Origin: Moniliella sp. 'wahieum'
Taxonomy: Eukaryota
NCBI GenBank assembly: GCA_003971905.1
Contig: RSEE01000013.1
Coordinates: 248,001 to 312,000 of the forward strand
DNA length: 64,000 bases
Direction: 5' to 3'
Shown: one piece after another, positions 61,721 through 64,000 of the stretch
Layout of the letters: each line of letters begins with the position of its first letter
How positions within the stretch are numbered: position 1 is the stretch's first letter
The notes under the pieces: model-generated
Databases searched by the model: none
What the model was told of the DNA's origin: nothing
Seen by the model: only the letters and a program-made list of their open reading frames with translations
Translations under genes and position numbers: made by a program

Positions 61721-62248
61721 TTATACCGCCGACCTGCGTGCTCCAGCAAGCTTGTCTAACACCTAGTGGAAGGTTAAGGTCAGTACTAGCCCAAGGACAG
61801 GAGACGAGGGGGGGGGCATACCTCTCGGATGCCAGGGAGAAGGAGGATGTTACCAATGAAAGGCAATTGCCTCATGAAGCTCAGAATGGTGGGGAAGAAG
61901 TCGCTGGGGCACTGTCAGTGGGGCGCACGGCAGAATCAAGCAGGAGGGAACGCACCCGAAGAGATTAAGGAACCCAAATGCCTCGATGGCCATGCCGATG
62001 AAAGTCCAGCGGCAGAAGACGAGAAGGATGCCGGTGAAGAAGCATATTGTGCCTCGGATCTTTTGGCGGCGGGCAAAGAAATAGAAGGTCTTCTGCGGGC
62101 CAATAAGGAGCGTGATACCGCCGGTGAAGAGCACATTGCCCAGCGCCAGCAGGGCGGCGTCAAAGAAGAGGAGCACACCCAGCCCAAGGAAAAAAGCGCC
62201 AAAGGAAACAAGTCCCACCCCGAGTTTCTGCTGGTCCGACAGCCACAT
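61721..62248 (-). CDS. GOT1: Golgi transport protein Got1; exons 62248-61956, 61903-61822, 61762-61721
   Basis: MWLSDQQKLGVGL..LFFDAALLALGNVLF..IGPQKTFYFFARRQKIRGT..FGFLNLFG|DFFP; canonical introns keep the frame. Confidence 0.96.
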
Positions 62249-62323
62249 GGCGATTCAACACTGCAACAGTCGACGGAGGCGACAGCAGCAAAGATGGCAA
62301 TTGTGGGGGCGATGGCAAGGCCG

Positions 62324-62377
62324 ATGGTGATGGCGATTGCAATGGCAATGGCGATGGCGATGGCAATGGCAATGGCA
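62324..62377. repeat. (ATGGCR)n hexamer microsatellite, about 9 units, upstream of GOT1
   Basis: Read directly from the sequence. Confidence 0.85.
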
Positions 62378-64000
62378 AAGGCAACGACAACAAGACCCGC
62401 CAGCCCTCTCGCCTTGGCTCGTCGCTCTCGCTGGACGCGCCTCTCACGTGCCCCCCCCCCCACCCGCAGCAGGGAGGCAGTGTGCGCGCTGAAAGCTGGA
62501 CAGGCGCCTGGCTCTCACGCTGCCTTCTGTGCCGTTCCTGCAATTTCAACCACCCGCTTGCTCCACCTGGGAAGGAGATGGCGCGGTTTTGTTCGGCCGC
62601 AAGCACCAGTTATTGCTAGTTAAATAAAACCAAGACCAGAGGGAGCCCAGTGCACCAAACGAAGCATCCGCTCCAGGTCCTGGCCCAGATACTCTGGATT
62701 CCCTTGTATACACCACTCCTTCTTCTCCCCCGTGCGCCGTCTCACACCTCACCGCCTCTCTCGTCCTATCTTCCTTCACACATCCCTCAGCAAGCGCTCC
62801 GCTCCCCCCTCCCCCCGGTCTTTTTTTGCTGATAGCACATTGTGTCCACTGACCGCATCCGTCTCTCAGAACCACCACAAACTCTCTGTACTCATCGGCG
62901 CACAATTGGGTACCTCAGTAGCGCGCTGTGTGGCCGCAAAGTCAGTCACTTTGCAGACCAACGCAGATGAGTCGATGTGAGCCTCTCTCATCCGCATCAC
63001 CGTTGGAGCTTGGAGGGGATGTTCGATACTAAAGTTTAATCAACCTCTCCTTGTCAGAATGCAAAACAGGATCGCCAGTGTGCCACATATATACACCATC
63101 ACAGGTCACCTCCGCTCTGCCTTCCCTCCCATTATATACTGTGTAGACCACTCACCCTTCTGTCATGGGGGGAGTCCTGTCGGAGGAGGGACCCACCCCT
63201 GTAGTTTAGGGATACAAACCCTTTTGGACGGCGGCGGCCAATCGGAGCTACGTACGTTAGGTCCTGCTTCAGATCCTGGTTAAACGTTAAACGTTGAACC
63301 GAACGGGTGTAGAGGAACTTGGGAGCGACCCTCTAGTTCGGGTGGCTGCCTGCGTGCAAAGGCGCAACTCAGGCCTATGTAGAGCCCGCTGTGATATGCG
63401 AAATCAGACGGAGTCCTAATGAAGAGCAAGCGCCACTGAGAATAAATGCGGCTTTTGCAGAGTGGTCGACGTAACTCCTAAAATCGTGAGAGTGGTACAA
63501 GGTGGAAGGGCGAGAGAGGAGTGGAAAGAGAGGAATGGAAAGAGAGGAATGGGGGTTGCTTATGTACAGAAGGAACCGGGCTTCAAAACTGCGTCGCTTC
63601 GGGACATGTATATAAACAGAATGTGGGGAACTTTCAAGAGAGGTAAAGACCAATACGCTTCCTGTGCTCTCCAAGGCACTGACGCTGCGCCATCGGGCGC
63701 AGCAGATAATAACGGGTTCTGCCAAGCATGGGTGCGACGAGCACAAAGAGTGGTACGGTGAGGGTCCATGCCACGCTGGAGTGCCGCGGATGATATCCGC
63801 ACAGCATGAATAAGGGGTCCGCTGGCTCTCTCTCACTGGTCTAACGATACTGACGCGTTTTTTAGATGAGATGTCTATACGACTTGCAGGGCTCACTGCC
63901 CCGGAGATAACCGGAGGAGCGCGCAGTAATACTATCCTCCCTTTGGCAACACCGCCATCCGCACTCATCCTACCACCCATAATGCAGCGCGTGTCGCACC

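Noticed and set aside
63465..63480. GTCGACGTAACTCC resembling the yeast U3 snoRNA 5' end
   Set aside because: No box A or later U3 boxes follow.

Overview
Eukaryotic, GC-rich, intron-poor fungal DNA, most consistent with a basidiomycete of the smut lineage (Ustilaginomycotina; inferred from gene content and short GT..AG introns with CTRAC branch points). Almost every conserved gene is broken by single-base indels, many in homopolymers, so this looks like an unpolished long-read assembly and the ORF track splits real genes. Reconstructed genes: Med17, an arrestin-like protein, tRNA-Leu(CAG) with an intron, PAM17, CKS1, UBE2W-type E2, a Pmp3-like protein, eIF3e, carnitine acetyltransferase, NOC4, an INO80F/Nhp10-N-like coiled-coil protein, 14-3-3, an F-box protein, two divergently transcribed Zn2Cys6 factors, two inverted WW-domain paralogues flanking a Khd4/Mug60-like KH protein, myosin V and GOT1. 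There are two TE-rich islands: about 2-6.3 kb (two CRE/Cnl1-like non-LTR fragments) and about 19-26 kb (a chromovirus remnant plus LTR fragments). The most unusual structure is at 2185-3534. There, an uninterrupted 283-codon Zn-knuckle/restriction-like-endonuclease (RLE) ORF from a non-LTR element is bracketed by a perfect 40-bp inverted repeat. Each repeat copy consists of two GNA-triloop hairpins and ends outward in CTYG-T, like a Helitron 3' terminus, with 23-nt subterminal repeats inside. An exact 21-mer also recurs just downstream of two unrelated genes. Gene boundaries are manual reconstructions; no searches were run.
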